The notes under the pieces: model-generated
Databases searched by the model: none
What the model saw: only the letters and a program-made list of their open reading frames with translations
What the model was told of the DNA's origin: nothing
Position numbers and translations under genes: made by a program
Part shown: positions 1-17,030 of the stretch, piece after piece
Position numbering within the stretch: position 1 is the stretch's first letter
How the letters are laid out: the number at the start of each line of letters is the position of its first letter
DNA from: Flaccisagitta enflata
Lineage: Eukaryota
DNA length: 64,000 nt
NCBI GenBank assembly: GCA_965153355.1
Contig: OZ231126.1
Span: 39,990,001-40,054,000 of the forward strand
Direction: 5' to 3'

Positions 1-459
1 TTCAACTGAACTTCACTTTCTGTGAACTCTTAAAATACTGTGGCGGTCATAAGAAAGTTTTAAAGCTGTGATGATTGTCACAGATCCACATCGCTTTTCG
101 ACTCTGGTGGAGAAAATGGACGGGAACTCAAATCGCCACTGGTAGCCAAATCACAAATTCCCTCTGTTATCTAGGTGGATAAAATCTTTCGTCCTGTAAC
201 AAAAACGTATTCATTTGCGTAAAAATGAATACAAATCAATTACATATCCATCAATAATTATTGTGAGCTCCCTTTGACTGAATCATAGCAGCCGTTTGTT
301 TTGGAGGCAATTTGTAGAGCTGTTCGAGTTACTCAGGAGTTGAGTCTTTCCAGACCTTTCTCTTGATTTTCTTTCTTTTTTTTTGTCTATTCTTTCGCTA
401 CATTTAGTCTCACAGCATTCAAAAGAATCATCAAATCATAAAAAAGTCGGTGACTTAAA

Positions 460-679
460 TAAAGCCCTTCGAATTTGCAAGCAGGCAACGCAAATCGCAT
501 CTATCTAGCTCAAGGCGTTTAGAAGTAATAAAAAAAGAGTGAAATGATATCATCAGAAGATTGTGTAGAAATGGCAAAAGTGATATTGAAGTGTTTCAAT
601 CAAAAATGAATAGCTTTTGAACGCATAGAGCTAGAGGGATGCGGTTTGCGGCAATCTCTTGCAAATTTGAAGGGCTTTA
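460..679. mobile_element. Small palindromic MITE
   Basis: TAAAGCCCTTCGAATTTGCAAG ... CTTGCAAATTTGAAGGGCTTTA terminal inverted repeats. Confidence 0.7.
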
Positions 680-1223
680 ATTTTTTCACCAATTTCTTGA
701 TGATGTGTTGATTCTAACCTGAGATATGCATGTAAACCTACCGAAAGATTTTTTCCGCTTAGATAGTATTTTTAGTTGCAGGCGCGTGTCTCTATAACCT
801 GCTATGATTTTCAGATGTTTTGTTGGTCGGTTGGTCAGGCAGTCCGTAACACTTTGGGAGACCTGTATCCGGCTATGTTGAGAAGGCAAAGTGTCCCTTG
901 TCTTTGTTTAGGCTGCTTAGCTTAGCATGACTTGTAAACGCCCCCTTGAGAATAAACTTCTTTGCAATCATATTCATCTGTTAACATTATTTTTTGCGAC
1001 CTTTTATTTCTGTGATCATTTTCATTCCCTTCAAATTATAAATCAGGCCTGGCAATTGCTGTTTTTTTTTTTTCAATCCACATGTGTAGTTACACCTCGC
1101 TATAACAGGAGTAACGGAAATCCACCTATAACAAACATCATTTTCATAGTGGCAATGACAGAAATCTGCCAAAAAAATGAAAAAAAATTCGTCCATTGAC
1201 ATTCGTTATTGCGGTGTTCAACT

Positions 1224-1655
1224 GCCTCTCAGGCCCAACATCTGCCCTCTCAGATCCAAACATACAGCCCAAAAGGCCCTAAATCAGCCTTGTCAGGCCC
1301 AAAGTCAACCATTGCCGGCCTAGATTCAGACCTCTTATACTTAAAATCTGACCACTTGAGTCTCAATTCAGCCCTCAAAACAACCGACTCAGGTCTCTAA
1401 TCTGCTCTCGTCCCTGATCTAATTTGAGCCTTCGGACCCCCCACATCAGCCCGTGCCTGCCTCATTGCTGTGCTCTTATCAATCAAATCAGCCCTTAAAA
1501 GTGCCCTCTCAAGACATCTGGAAATTCACCCATGTATCCTATAGGACATCGGCCCTTTGGAGCCGCTGCCCTGCTCTCATTCCACTTTTTCAGCGGATCA
1601 CTCCAAGCAGGGCATTGGGTACCGCTGTTCATGTGCGATCCTTGGATGACTAGTT
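1224..1655 (+). mobile_element. Family-A HINE, 5'-truncated
   Basis: Minisatellite plus a 3' end matching 17535-17666 (GGACATCGGCCCTTTGG...GATCCTTGGATGACTAG). Confidence 0.75.
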
Positions 1656-1842
1656 TTCATTCTTTTCCTTTCCTCATTCCTCCCTTTCTTTCATTCTTTC
1701 CTTCTTTCCCTCCTTCTTTCATCCTCTTTTTTTTTCGGTTCATATCGTTTTACATCTCTATCTGTCTGTCTTTCAGCCTGAGTGTCTGTTTGTCTGTCTG
1801 TATGTCTTTCTTTATTTCTTTCTTTCTTCCTTTCTCTCTTTT

Positions 1843-1942
<100 letters not shown>

Positions 1943-2018
1943 TATATTTGCTCCAATTGTCACATTTTTGCCGCCAAGAAATAATCGTACAATTGAGAAA
2001 CGTAATATTTCGAAGCCC

Positions 2019-2119
<101 letters not shown>

Positions 2120-2574
2120 TCTTTCACTGCCCTATACAACTTTATTACGATACATCAGTCAATCTCATTAAGCAACGACAGCCAGTGCATCCATGACCTG
2201 GCGTCAATGGCTCTTTATTCTTCTTCTTCTCCTCCTCCTCTTCCTCCTCCTCCGCCTCCACTTGACCCCCCCCCCCCGGTCACTTCTAAATCTCTGTTTT
2301 ATCTCTTTCTTCGCAACTCTTTTCTCATTTCCTTCCATGATTTTGATCACTTTGGATGTACTTATTTATATTACTAGGCGTAGACTTATTGAAAATTGAC
2401 AAAATAAAGTGAAAATTGTTATATTTAGTATTATCTCATACAAACTAAAAAGCGGATGGATAAAATTCATTTCCGAATGTTGTCATCGTTTTTATCACCT
2501 TCCCTAAACACTTCTACAGTGAGAAGTACTTGTAGATAATCAAAAATGTTGATTTTTGTCATTTCGGTACAGGC

Positions 2575-2660
<86 letters not shown>

Positions 2661-4924
2661 TGTATACACACACACTTATTCGTTACAATGATACTGCCTC
2701 AGCGTTGTCGTCCCTCTTTCGTAACCCCGGTTTCAATTTCCATTAAATAGCTGACTAACACAAAGCTTTTCCTGACCGGAGGCTAAATGAGTTTAGATGT
2801 GTTCACATGGTAAGGAAAAAAGGTTTGAAATTAGGTACCTGAGCTGCTCGGTCCAATCATTTCTCATCATTGTTTACTTTACATTATTCAAAGTAGTACT
2901 TTGTCAAACCTGTTGTGCACTGCACAAATCCTCAGCTTATTATCACTGTACTTCCAAAAAAAGTGTCAGACAAACACAAATAAAGATGATGTACATACAT
3001 CCTCTTTGTCCTCACTGTAAACACACACACTCACTCCAGTACCGGGAGAAACAAATAAAGGTGAATGTATACCCTTCCGTTTTGCCCTCACTGTGAACAC
3101 ACACACTCACTCCAGTGTCGGGGAAACACAAAGAAAAGTGGATGTACAACCTTCCTCTTCGTCCTCACAAACGAGAGAGCTTAAGTGAGGATTGATTGAG
3201 AGAAGAGCCATTTCCTTTGCCGTTCCTTCGCCGTTCCTTTGTCGTGTTTGTGTCACTTTGAAGAATGGCTTTTTTTCCGCCGAGGGGGACAATCAACATC
3301 TTTAGGCCCTGCAGCGCTCTCTTCAAACTCCTCTCTCCAATCAGACTCAACACACCAGAGAGAGAACAAAAAGACAAATGAACGACGTGTTAATGTATAG
3401 ACATGTCGGTCACAGGCTTTTTTTGTCGTCTGGGAAATTAAGATTTAAAAAAAAAGAAAAAAAGGAACACGGGGTTAAAATATCGTCGCGGACGAGTGGT
3501 CAGGAGCGTACACCCCCCTTTTCACACACACTGGAACCCACACACACGGACACACACGGACACACACGGACACACACACGGACACACACACACACACACA
3601 CACACAATTTATGAAATGCGAGTTTTCACACTCTCCAACCCAAGCATGACCCATATAACAAACCCAAGATGGATGGACGGACCAACAGCCATACACTTTT
3701 CTTTTTATAAGGACCAGTAATTTTTTTCTGAGGCTGGGATGTCCTTAAATTTTTTGCAAATTACAGGCTGAAATGTTCTTAACGTGTCCTTAATATTTTT
3801 CTCTGATTTTTTTATAATTATGTTTTATACATTGATATAATTGATGTACAGTTTAAGGTAATACAAGTTGCATATGACAATGACTGCTGTTCATAGCAAA
3901 ATAGAATTTCATTTCATAGAACAAATTGTTATTTTTAATGAATGAGATTTTTTTTCTCTATGAATTTGCGTAAAAACAGTTTAAACTATAAATCAAAAAT
4001 CATTTTTCTTAAAATCTGAGGCTAGGCTTTGTCCTTAAAATGTCCTTAATTTTTAGCAAAATTTCAGTCTCAATGTCCTTATAAACTTTGTCCTTACTCA
4101 AAAAAAAGAGTGTATCAACGGGCGAAAAAATCCTCCAATTGAGACGTGAACTCGCGACTAAAAATGGGGAAAGATCAAGTGGCCTGGATTAGGAATCATT
4201 TATTCTTATTCACTATTTTGTTTTGCCCGTGGATACATACAGTCACACCCCACTATGTCGGATCGAAGATTAACAGATATTCACCTTTAATGGATAAATA
4301 ATTTTGGTCCCTTTACAACATTTCCTTTTCTTCTCAAAATGGCTGTAACGGAAATCCGCATATAACAGATAAACTATGTTGGTCCCTTGGCATCCGTTAT
4401 TGCGGGGTTTAATTGTATTTGTATGACTATTGAAATGGGATGTAACGAAAATTTATTACTGTTTTTTAAACGTGAAAAAAGTTGAGGGGAAAGAGCTTCT
4501 TCAGAGTTATTGTCAGTATCTTTCAAGATTTTGTTCCTCGATCACGTAGACCTGTTTAAAAAAAAATTGTTGAAAAATTTCTGAAAAAAAAATGTTGATA
4601 TTTGCATACCGCATTAAAGTGATGTTTCCATGATTTAGGTGGCGATGGAAAGAAATGAAGTTCTACACTTTCTTTGTTTGATGAAATGAAATTTGTTGTG
4701 TTCCATGTTACATTCGTATGAATAGCTTTAGCTTGTCACAGTGATGCTTTGAAACGTTTGTCGATCAGTCTGCCTTATCTTAAAGAAGTCGAACTTAGTT
4801 TCATTGATTTAACCTGAAGTCTTATATCTGTCAGGCCCCCATTTGTGATGGGTTACTTTATTTGAGTGGTTTCCTTGACAAGCGAAAGATTGTCTCAACA
4901 CTGGAATACCATCTTACAAAACCG

Positions 4925-4972
<48 letters not shown>

Positions 4973-6116
4973 CACATGGACCATTGGACGGACCAACAAA
5001 TAGGCCAACGGCCGCACAAAGCCTCCGAAAGAATCGCGAATCTGCGACTATCAAGGCCGTATACACGGAAGCATTAGTCGCGGACGGGTGGGTAGGAGCG
5101 GAAAACCTCAAAAAGTAACTTTGCAGCGGACGGACCGACGGACCGACCGACCGACGGACCGACAAAGTGGCTTATAGAGTCGCGTGTCCGCGACTAAAAA
5201 TGAGGAAAGATTGAATGGCCTGAATGAGGAAAGCCCTTGTTCTCATTTTTTTTGCCCATTGAAACTTACTTGATGCTTAAAACGGGAAGTTATGATAATC
5301 TATTACCATTTTTGTAAGGTTGTGAAAAAAAAATCAAGGGAAAGGCAAAACAAAAAGAGCACTTCTTCAGAGTGATTGGCAGTAAATTCGTCATGATTTG
5401 ATTATCTTTTGAGATTTTGTCCCTCGATCTCGTAGACCCGTTTCGGTAAGAGCTCATACAATTGGTTGAAAAATCCTGATAATTTGCATGTTGCACGACT
5501 GCACTGTTTCCATGAATTAGGTGGCGATGGAAGGAAATAAAGTTCTACACTGCCCTTTTATGAAATAGAAGTTGTTGTGTTCTATGTTACCTTCATATGA
5601 ATAGTTTTCTAAAGCTTGTGAGAGTGAGCTTGTGAAAGTTTTGTTGATCAGTCTTGCATTTGATAGAGTTGTGTCCGGTGGTTTCCATGGCATTCTACTC
5701 CTTGATTTCTTTCGTAAACAGAGTTCCCTCATGAGTTATTAAGAAAACTATGAATAGAAAAGTCCGCTGAAAAATAGAAAGAAAAAGAGCGCGAAAAAAG
5801 CTGAATGTAAGAACTGTTAAAAATTATTTTCCATCTATTCTTCCGTCTGAAAATTAAAAAACCGCTGGACCAAAACATTTCTAGAAGTATAGGGTAATAC
5901 CCCAAAACTAAGCTCTTGCAGTGAAGTGATTTCCTGCTCATGTTTATTTTGGAGAAGTCGGACATGGCTTTATTTATTTAACACTAAACTTATAACTTTA
6001 TCCCGGACGAGACCTCAAGTTGTAGTTTTTTATTTGAGCGGTTTCCATGACAATCACGAGATTGTCTGAGCAATGGAATACCACAGGAATACCATCCTAC
6101 AATACCATCTCATAAT

Positions 6117-6244
<128 letters not shown>

Positions 6245-7451
6245 CACACACTGTTGGTGTTGGGAACGGTTTTAAAGAAAGAAACGTCGAAATAACGACA
6301 ACTTCGCGCAATGAACAATGAGTTAAATCGAATCGCACAAACAGGAAACACAAATAAAAGACGCCTTTGACAAAATAGGATTGACGAGAGGAACAAAGCA
6401 GCAAGACACCACATGCAAGAAGAAAAGGAAAAGGAAGAGAAGAAGAAGAAGAAGAAAAGAAGAAGAAGAAAAGAAGAAGAAAGGAACGAACACGGAGGAG
6501 AAGAAGAAGAAGAAGAAATGAAGAAGAGAAGAAGAAGAAGAAGAAGAAAGAAGAAGAAATGAAAATGAAAAAAGAAAAACAAGAAGGAAGAAGCGAAAAA
6601 AGAAAAGAAAGGAAAAAAAAAAAGAGGAAGCAGAAAGATACACAATGGGACACAAAAGGAGACAAAAGGAGAAGCATGACGATTGACCTTTCAACTTCTC
6701 CCCGCTCGTCTTAACACTTGCCAACAGACTCGTTCTTCGAGACTCAAGACTTTCTCCCTGTTTGTCTGTCGCACTGTCTATATATTGGTGTTTACAAGCA
6801 CAGAACACGTGCATCTGTGTTTTGTAAGTAGCACTGGTAGTGGTCCACTACACGTCACTCTGTCTGTCTAATTGTCCGGCTATCTCTCCATCTTTCTGTC
6901 AGTCGTCTTACTGATGCGAATTAATCCGAGGGGAGGAGTGGGAAGAGATCGTGCAGTTCGTGCACACAAAACGCAACACCCTGGGTGAGCGAGTGGCAAA
7001 CAAAACAAGGCCGGATACACGACCAAAAAGTAATCGCTGGCGGAAAGGCAGGGACAGTGATGCGGGTGGGCAGGGACAGGAAGGGTCGGGGCTGGGGTTG
7101 TAATGTGGCAGGGCAGGGGTGGTAAGGCTCAGAAATCACTATTTCAGTCTTTTTCGCGTCATCCAAAATTTCGCGCTACCGACAGACCTACATTACTAAA
7201 GACGGACACCCTCTTTTAAAGTCGCTTAGACAGAGCCTAAAAAAAGAGACAAACCTCGAATGAGGTCGTGAAGCGTTAGAAATATGAGGTGCACGCAAAC
7301 CAGCTTAACCAGTTAACAAAAGCGGACTAAAGTTTAACAAGAGTTTGATCTAAAACATCAAACGGAACGTGATTGTCTTGGCACACATGGCTCATTTTAC
7401 GGGTCAAGTAGGCACGCACGATACTTTTGCGCAGAGCCCAGACAGAAAGAG

Positions 7452-7518
<67 letters not shown>

Positions 7519-7519
7519 C

Positions 7520-8592
7520 AGATGGACGGACAGATTCCCCCTTTGTTCTACAGGACTTTGTCCCCTTTGGAGCCACTGCCCAAAAAGTGAAAAATGAAAA
7601 ACAAGGGCAATATGTGGTCAGCGATACCTGTTGCCCTGCTTTGATGATTGTGAATTGAAGTGAGAGGATGCAGGGCAGCGACCCGGAAGGGGACAAAGTC
7701 CTGTAAAACACAGGGGACTTTTGTTTGTTTGTCCGTTTGTCCATCTGTCCCTCTGTCTGTCCTCTCAGGCTGGTAAGGGCAGATTTCAGGCCTGAGAGGA
7801 CAGATTCAAAAGCTGAACAGGTTGCCCAAAGGCAATATGTGGTCAGCGATACCGTTGCCCTGCTTTGCATGATTGTAAGTGGAAGTAAGAGGAGAAGCAG
7901 GGCAGAAGCTGAGAACAAAAGTCCTGTAGAGTACAGGGGGACTTTTGTCCATCCATCCATCCGTCCGTCTGTCATTCCATCCATCCCCCCGGGCCCTCTC
8001 AGGCTTGAAATTTGTCCTCTCAGGCCTGAAATCTACCCTCTCAGGCCTGAAATCTGCCCTCTTAGGCCTTGAATCTGTGAGAGCGGGGATGAGGTCTGAA
8101 AGGACAGATTTCAGGCCTGAAAGGGCAGATCTCAGACCTGAGGGCAAATTCCAGGCCTGAGAGGCCAGATCTGAGGCCTGAGAGGGTGAATTTAGGGACT
8201 GAGAGGGCAAATTTCAGGCCTGAGAGAGCCTGGGGGACAAACGGAGGGCCAACGGACGAATAGGTGAACGGACGGACGGACAAGGAGAAGTCCCCCTGTG
8301 TTCTACAGGACTTTTGTCTCCTTCAGGGCCGCTACCCAAAGTCCCCTCAGTCCAAGTCATAGGTCTGAGAGGGCAGATTTCAGGCCTGAGAGGGCAGATT
8401 TCAGGCCTGAGAGGGCAGATTTCAGGCCAGGGAGGGCGAGATTTAGGGCTGAGAGGGCCTGGGGGGGACGAACAAACAAGCGAATGGATGAACAGTTGAA
8501 CGGAAAAACAGACAAAAGGACAAAGGGATGAATGAACGAAAGTCCTCTGTGCTCTACAGGACTTTTTTCCCTTCCGGGCCGCTGCCCAAAAA
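7520..8592 (-). mobile_element. Cluster of family-A HINE copies and fragments
   Basis: Repeated GTTCTACAGGAC / GCCGCTGCCCAAAAA ends, AGGCCTGAGAGGGCAGATTTC 21-bp repeats, (GGAC)n. Confidence 0.7.
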
Positions 8593-8604
8593 GAGAGCGA
8601 AGCT

Positions 8605-11310
<2,706 letters not shown>

Positions 11311-11419
11311 CACCATGTCTAATGAATGGTTTCTATTTTCGTCAATACAACTGGTTTAACACCCTAAGTCAGGCAAGCAACAATTGTCTACTTCGACTCT
11401 CTAATTGCACATAATCACT

Positions 11420-11590
11420 TCACAACTTGATTCCTGTGTACGGCCCATCCTCCCAGAAATTTGTTGTGACGCTGCTGAAAGGAGCTGTAGATATCCTTGT
11501 AGCCAAAGGTTTGACAAAGAGACCTAATGCTCTCCCATCTGTTGTAGCCAAAAATGCGTCTGATCGCGTTATTCATAGCTACCAGATGGG
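11420..11590 (-). mobile_element. 3' fragment of a non-LTR retrotransposon RT ORF
   Basis: Minus strand translates VAMNNAIRRIFGYNRWESIRSLCQTFGYKDIYSSF, resembling the post-RT C-terminus of RTEX-type LINEs (recognised from memory). Confidence 0.5.
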
Positions 11591-11785
11591 GGTGAAAATT
11601 TCTTTTTGGTCATAGAAAGATTTGCATTGGTGAAAAAATTACTTTTTATGTCTACTTTGAGATAAAAAAAAAGTTTGTGCCATATTTCCCAATTCTACCT
11701 TCCCAGGAGCGATTTTAGTGAACCCCCTTTTTGGGGGTGCAAAGCACTACCAAAATATGCAAGGCAAAAAATTAATTCATCTTCT

Positions 11786-12382
11786 TTTGGGCAGCATTCC
11801 CCGAGAAGAAAGGGCAGTCTGTAGACACAGGGAATCTGTCCGTCGTCGTCCGTACGTCTGTGCGTCCCCCTGCCTTGCCCCATCCTCAGGGCTTCTTCTC
11901 CTTTGGGGCCTATTCTGACCCCAATTCTGCCAAATAGCCCAAATCCATGCAATATGGCCCAAATCTAAGCAAAATGACCCAAATCCAAGCATATTGGCCC
12001 AAATCCAAGCAAAATGGCCCAAATCTTGCCAGAAAACCCTAATTCTTGCCTGAGGTCCATCATTTTGGCCTCCAGTGCCTATGGTCTGACCAGATTTGGG
12101 CCATTTTGCAGATTTAATTTATGTGCTGGATTTAGTCATTTTAGCTGGATTTGGGCCATATATTATGGATTTGGGCTATTTGGCAGGGTGAGTCAGTAAA
12201 CCCCAAAGGAGGGTGGGCAGAAAGAGGGAAAGAACCAGACACGAGACGGACGGACGGACAGGCTCCCCTGTGTTCTGAGACTTCGTCCCAGCCGGGCCGC
12301 TGCCTGCCTCAGCTTGTCAGACACTGCTCAGAAGCAGGGCACAGGTTCCGCTGACCACTTACTGCCTTTGGGCTGCTATTCT
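11786..12382 (+). mobile_element. Family-A HINE (diverged)
   Basis: TTTTGGGCAGC start, CTGCCTTTGGGCTGCTATT end. Confidence 0.7.
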
Positions 12383-12867
12383 TTGCTATTCCTGGACTAA
12401 TTGGTACAAATTCTTGGGGCTGGTCTTGTTTGAAAGATATTAAGTAGTAGAACATAAAATTGGGAGAAGTAGCTGATAGGGTCCCTGTGGGGCCCTCCGG
12501 GGGTCCTCAAAGGGCCCCCAAATGACCAAAAAAGCTGAAAATGGCTAAAAAATGAGGGTTTTGGAGTTGTTTCTTCTCAAATGTTATTGGGGAGGACAAT
12601 TTTATGTTAGGATACTCTGTCACCTGGTTTGGAGCAACAAAAGAAAAGGTCAGGGCCCCTCAGAGACCCATTCAAGAGGGACCTAGATGCTCAAAAAGGC
12701 TTAAAACAGGAAAAAAATGACCAAAAAATTTAGCTTTTTCAGTTTTTACCATCTTTGACAATAGGGGGCCTGGTTATCTGTTTAGCTTCCCTCATCAGTG
12801 CAGCAGAACTAGATAAGAAGGCTGAAGACCCCTGATGGGCCCATCCAGAGGACCCAAAGGACTCATA

Positions 12868-13960
12868 ACAGGTCGCCCAAGGGCAATATGTGGTCAGCGA
12901 TACCCGTTGCCCTGCTTTGAGTGATTGAGTTGGAGTGAGGAAGCAGGGCAGCAGCTTGAAGAGGCGCAGTCCTATGGCTGGGGACTTTTCGTTAGATCCT
13001 CGTTACCTGGATGAGATGCTACATAGAGGGTTGACTGACCCTCAAGGCTTAGTGGTCTAAGAAGGCTGATGTAAAAACCTGAAAATGTAGTGGAAGCTTG
13101 AGAGGACTAACTTGAGGCCTAATTTGAGGCATGAGAGGACAGGTTTGAGGCATGGGAATTTCGATTTGAGGCCTGCGAGGCCTAGTTTGAGGTCTGAAAG
13201 GCCAGGTTTGAGGCCTGAGAGGTCAGATTTGAGGCCTGAGGGACCGGCGGATTTGAAGCCTAGGAGGCTGGTTGAGAGCCTTAGAGGCTGGATTTGAGGC
13301 CAGGAGGCTGGATTTGAGGCCCTGAGAGCTGGATTTGAGGCCTAGGGGCTGGATTAGAGGCCTGAGAGGCTGGATTTGAGGCCTGAGAGGCTGGATTTGA
13401 GGCCTGAGAGGCTGGATTTGAGGCCTGAGAGGCCAGATTTTAGGCCTAAGGGGCCTGATAAGGGGGGGACGCACGAACGGACGAACGAACGAACGAAAGT
13501 CCCCCTGTGTTCTACAGGACTTCGTCCCCTTCGGGGCCGCTGCCCAAAAGCCATAAATGACCAAATCTTGACATTTTTACACTATTCTTCTTTTATACAT
13601 TGTTGGACTGCACCTTTTTGGGCAGCGGCCCCAAAGGACCGATGTCCTGTAGGACACAGGGGTGAAATTCCAGACGTCCGTCCGTACATCCGTCCGTCCG
13701 TCATCCCCTGAGGCCCCTCTGAGGTCCCAAATCAGCCCTTTAGGGCCCCAAATCAGCCCCCTAAGGCCCAAAATCAGACCTCTCAGGCCCAAAATCAGGC
13801 CTCCCAAGCCAAAAAGTCAGCCCACTCCTTAAATCAGCCCCCCAGGCCCAGAAATAGCTCTCTCAGGCCCAAAATTAGCCTTCAAAGGCCCTAAATCAGC
13901 CTTGTCAGGCCCAAAATCAACCATTTCAGGCCCTAAACCAGACCTCTCACACCTTAAACC
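12868..13960. mobile_element. Two family-A HINEs head-to-head (12868-13549 minus; 13615-~13960 plus, truncated)
   Basis: GGGGCCGCTGCCCAAAA ending at ~13549 and TTTTTGGGCAGCGGCCCC at ~13615; 21-bp minisatellites in opposite orientations. Confidence 0.75.
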
Positions 13961-14294
13961 CTCAACCCTCTAAGGGCTTGGTAAAGCTCTACCGCTTCAG
14001 GCATCCCATATGCCCCATATTGATGGCATTGTCTCAGTATCTGATCTGGCAACATATCTTTGACAGAAAGAGTCTTACATTGAGATCACCATTTCAAATG
14101 TAAATGACAATCCAAAGTTATTTCTCTTCCAGCTTGGCAATGAATGAAGATCTTTGCCCTTTGGAGGCATGGCTACCCTGTCTTTTCTACCATGGGGAAC
14201 TGGTAGATTTTGAAAAAATTAAGTTTACGTCACTTTGATCATTTAAGTCATTTGTTTCGTTTTTGGGCATTTGAAGTAGTTTTAAGTCATTTTA

Positions 14295-15274
14295 CAGAGT
14301 CTTCAATTACAATTGATTTATTCTAAATTGGTGGTGTGCCTCTCATAGTCAACATTATGATTTTTTCTTTTTTTCCTCTTATTGCATATTGTTTGACGTT
14401 TTTTGTATCAAAATTTCAAGGGTTTTTGTCAAATAGTTTGTCTGTAACAACAATTTGAAGTAGTTCAGGTATTCATGGTTATAACTGAAAAAAACCTATT
14501 TTTTTCATGACATCTTTTTTTCAAACTGCCGTCATTTGTAAATCATTTGAGCTACAGAAGCCTAATTGGTCTAAAATGAAAGATAATTTCTTGTTCTTAT
14601 TGGTGACATGTCAGTCTGTCCGTTAGCTCGTCCACATGTCCTTTTGTAGGTTCATCTGACCACTGCTTGTCCAGCCATTCCATGAACTCTTTTGGCACAG
14701 GCAAGACATCGCTGCCCCAATGCCCCAACAAGTAAAAAAACCCTCGTGCCACTGCTCCTGCTCTCTTGCCCTCATATGAGACTGAGAATGAGTCTGGGAG
14801 TGATGTGTCTATGCCTTGTTCAAACTACTTGAGATGGAACAATGTTTTGATATCATGATTCCATGTGATGACTTTGAAATCAATTTTTTACACAATGTTT
14901 TCCAAACCAACAAATTTCCTTATCGTTTGTATATGATGACTGGCAATCCATATTTCATTTTTTTACCTCTTTAAAGTAGATTGAATTATGTTTCATTTGA
15001 GACCAATGAGTCATCTTTAGCTCTAACCAATTAAAATGAGAGCAAATTGAAAAAAATATCAAAACAAAAAACGATTTTTTTCAGTCACAACCATGAGTAC
15101 CTGATATACTTCAAATTGTTATTACAGACAAACTATTTGACAAAAACCCTTGAAATTTTGATAAAAAAAACGTCAAACAATATGCTACAAGAGGAAATAA
15201 AGAAGAAATCATTATATTAACTATGAGAGGCACACCATCAATTTAGAATAAATCAGTTGTAATTGAAGACCCTG
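14295..15274. mobile_element. Tc1/mariner-type MITE with ~210-bp TIRs
   Basis: TA|CAGAGTCTTCAATTAC ... GTAATTGAAGACCCTG|TA; 14295-14495 is the reverse complement of ~15075-15274. Confidence 0.85.
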
Positions 15275-15312
15275 TAAGTCATTTTGTGACATTTCAGGTC
15301 ATTTTTGGTCAT

Positions 15313-17020
15313 TGTGGAAATTTGTGCTATTTATAAGTATGGGAATGATGATGTTCTTCGCGTGAATGCTTTTTTCCTTCTTTCTGTCCAGTTCGATGCC
15401 TTTTGTTTTCGCCAAATTTTGCCGCAACCATATGGTTGCGCATGGGTTTGTTGCTCTTTTATCCGCTTGGAATTACGTGTTATCACATATTTTCTTTTTC
15501 TACTTTTTTCATCGTCATATGTTTTATGCTTCGCATTTTTATCTCGAATCTACATCGTTTTTATGGCATCGCTTCTTAATGGAATGATTGACATTTTGCT
15601 TGATTTTTATGTTTTGGCGCCCTTAGAATTTCTGACAAAGTCCTGTAGAACACAGGGGAATTCGTCTGCCCGTCCGTCCGTCCGGCATGCCCGCACGTCC
15701 GTCCCCGCCCACCTTCAGGGCTTCTGCCTCCTTGGGCTCAAATCCAAATCAGGCGGTCTAAACCAAGCAAATGGCTCAAATCCAGCCAAATGTGGGCCAA
15801 ATCCAGGTGAAATAGGCCAAATCTGGCTAGAAAACCTGAATTCTGGCCTGAGTTCTATCATCTTGGCCCCTTTAACTTAGATTCTGGCTCCCAAAACCTA
15901 CATCCAAGCCTTAGAGACCCAGATCCTGACCTTTGGGACCCAGATTCTGACCTCCAAGACCTAGGTGCTGGCCTTAAAGACTTAAATCCTAGCCTCAGAG
16001 GCCCAAATCCTGGCCTCAGAAACTGAAATTCTTGCCTCTGAGACCGAGAAATTGGTCTCTGAGGCCCAGATTCTGGCCTCAAGAGACCCAGATCCTGGCC
16101 TGCTCCTCCCTCAACTTAACCTACAAACTATTCAATAAGGGCAAGGGTACCATTGTCCATATACTGCCTTTTGTCATTTCGCCATGAAATTCAATGAAAA
16201 TTTGAATAACAGGGCATCCTGGACAGAAGGAAGGCAGACAGGACGGACGGACGGACAGATTGACGGACGGATGGACAGATTCCCCCTGTGTTCTACAGGA
16301 CTTCGTCCCCTTCGGGGCCGCTGCCCTGCTCCCTCTCAACCTTAATCACTTCCTACTCAAGCAGGGCACGGGTACCGCTGACCACTTACTGCCTTTGGGC
16401 TGCTATTATGTTTTGCGCCCTTGGAATTTCTCATCTTTTATAAGTCTCTCATCCTTTTATTCCAGAGACATATGAACGGACGCCTGACTTATTTGACGAT
16501 TACGACGCTGGCTGGAAACCAAGGAAATTTGGGCCTAAAGTAAGTTTTATCATTTAAGCGTTTTAGTGTTTTATCATTGTTTTTGTCGTCTGACTTTTTA
16601 TTGTTTTATTGTCTGTTTTTGGTGTTTTATCGTCTGTTTTTATCGTCTGTCCGGTCAACTGATTATTGGGTGATATGGGTGAATTTAGTGGGATGGGCAG
16701 GGCGGGGGCAGCGTACGGATCTGGCTTCATGGCCTCTGCATAAGATGTACATGTTGTTATTGGCTGTTTCTGTCCATGTCTATCCTGATCTCATGTTGCT
16801 TTCATGCATTGGTTGACCATCTTTTAATGCCCAATTTTCCCTTTTACTTTGTCCCCCATCTCAGATTGTTGAAATTTTTACCACATCAAAGAGACCATCG
16901 TCACGCCATTTTCCAATCTACGCCCAAATCCCTTTGCGTCTAATATCGTCAGTCAGTCAGAGACATCTACATACAAAGCTAACCCAGAGTCGAAACTAAT
17001 ATTCACGTGGGAGAATAATA
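15313..17020 (+). repeat. 5' LTR (interrupted by an ~0.8-kb HINE insertion)
   Basis: Colinear with 31288-32195 once 15634-16431 is removed; about a dozen substitutions and one indel counted by eye (~1.5% divergence). Confidence 0.93.
15634..16407 (+). mobile_element. HINE/DINE-1-like non-autonomous Helentron, family A, 5'-truncated, inserted in the 5' LTR
   Basis: Absent from the 3' LTR; TCCTGTAGAACACAGGGG subterminal inverted repeat, (GTCC)n microsatellite, internal minisatellite, 3' GCCCTGCT...AGCAGGGC hairpin. Confidence 0.8.
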
Positions 17021-17030
17021 TTTCAACAAT
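17020..17030 (+). promoter_or_regulatory. Candidate self-priming primer-binding site
   Basis: ATTTCAACAAT at the LTR/leader junction is the exact reverse complement of ATTGTTGAAAT at 16865-16875; no TGG-initiated tRNA PBS is present. Confidence 0.55.

Noticed and set aside
13975-14210. Short protein-like minus-strand stretch (LSVKDMLPDQILRQCHQYGAYGMPEAVELYQAL)
   Set aside because: Frames are broken and the family is unrecognised; it may be a decayed TE or captured fragment but is unsupported.
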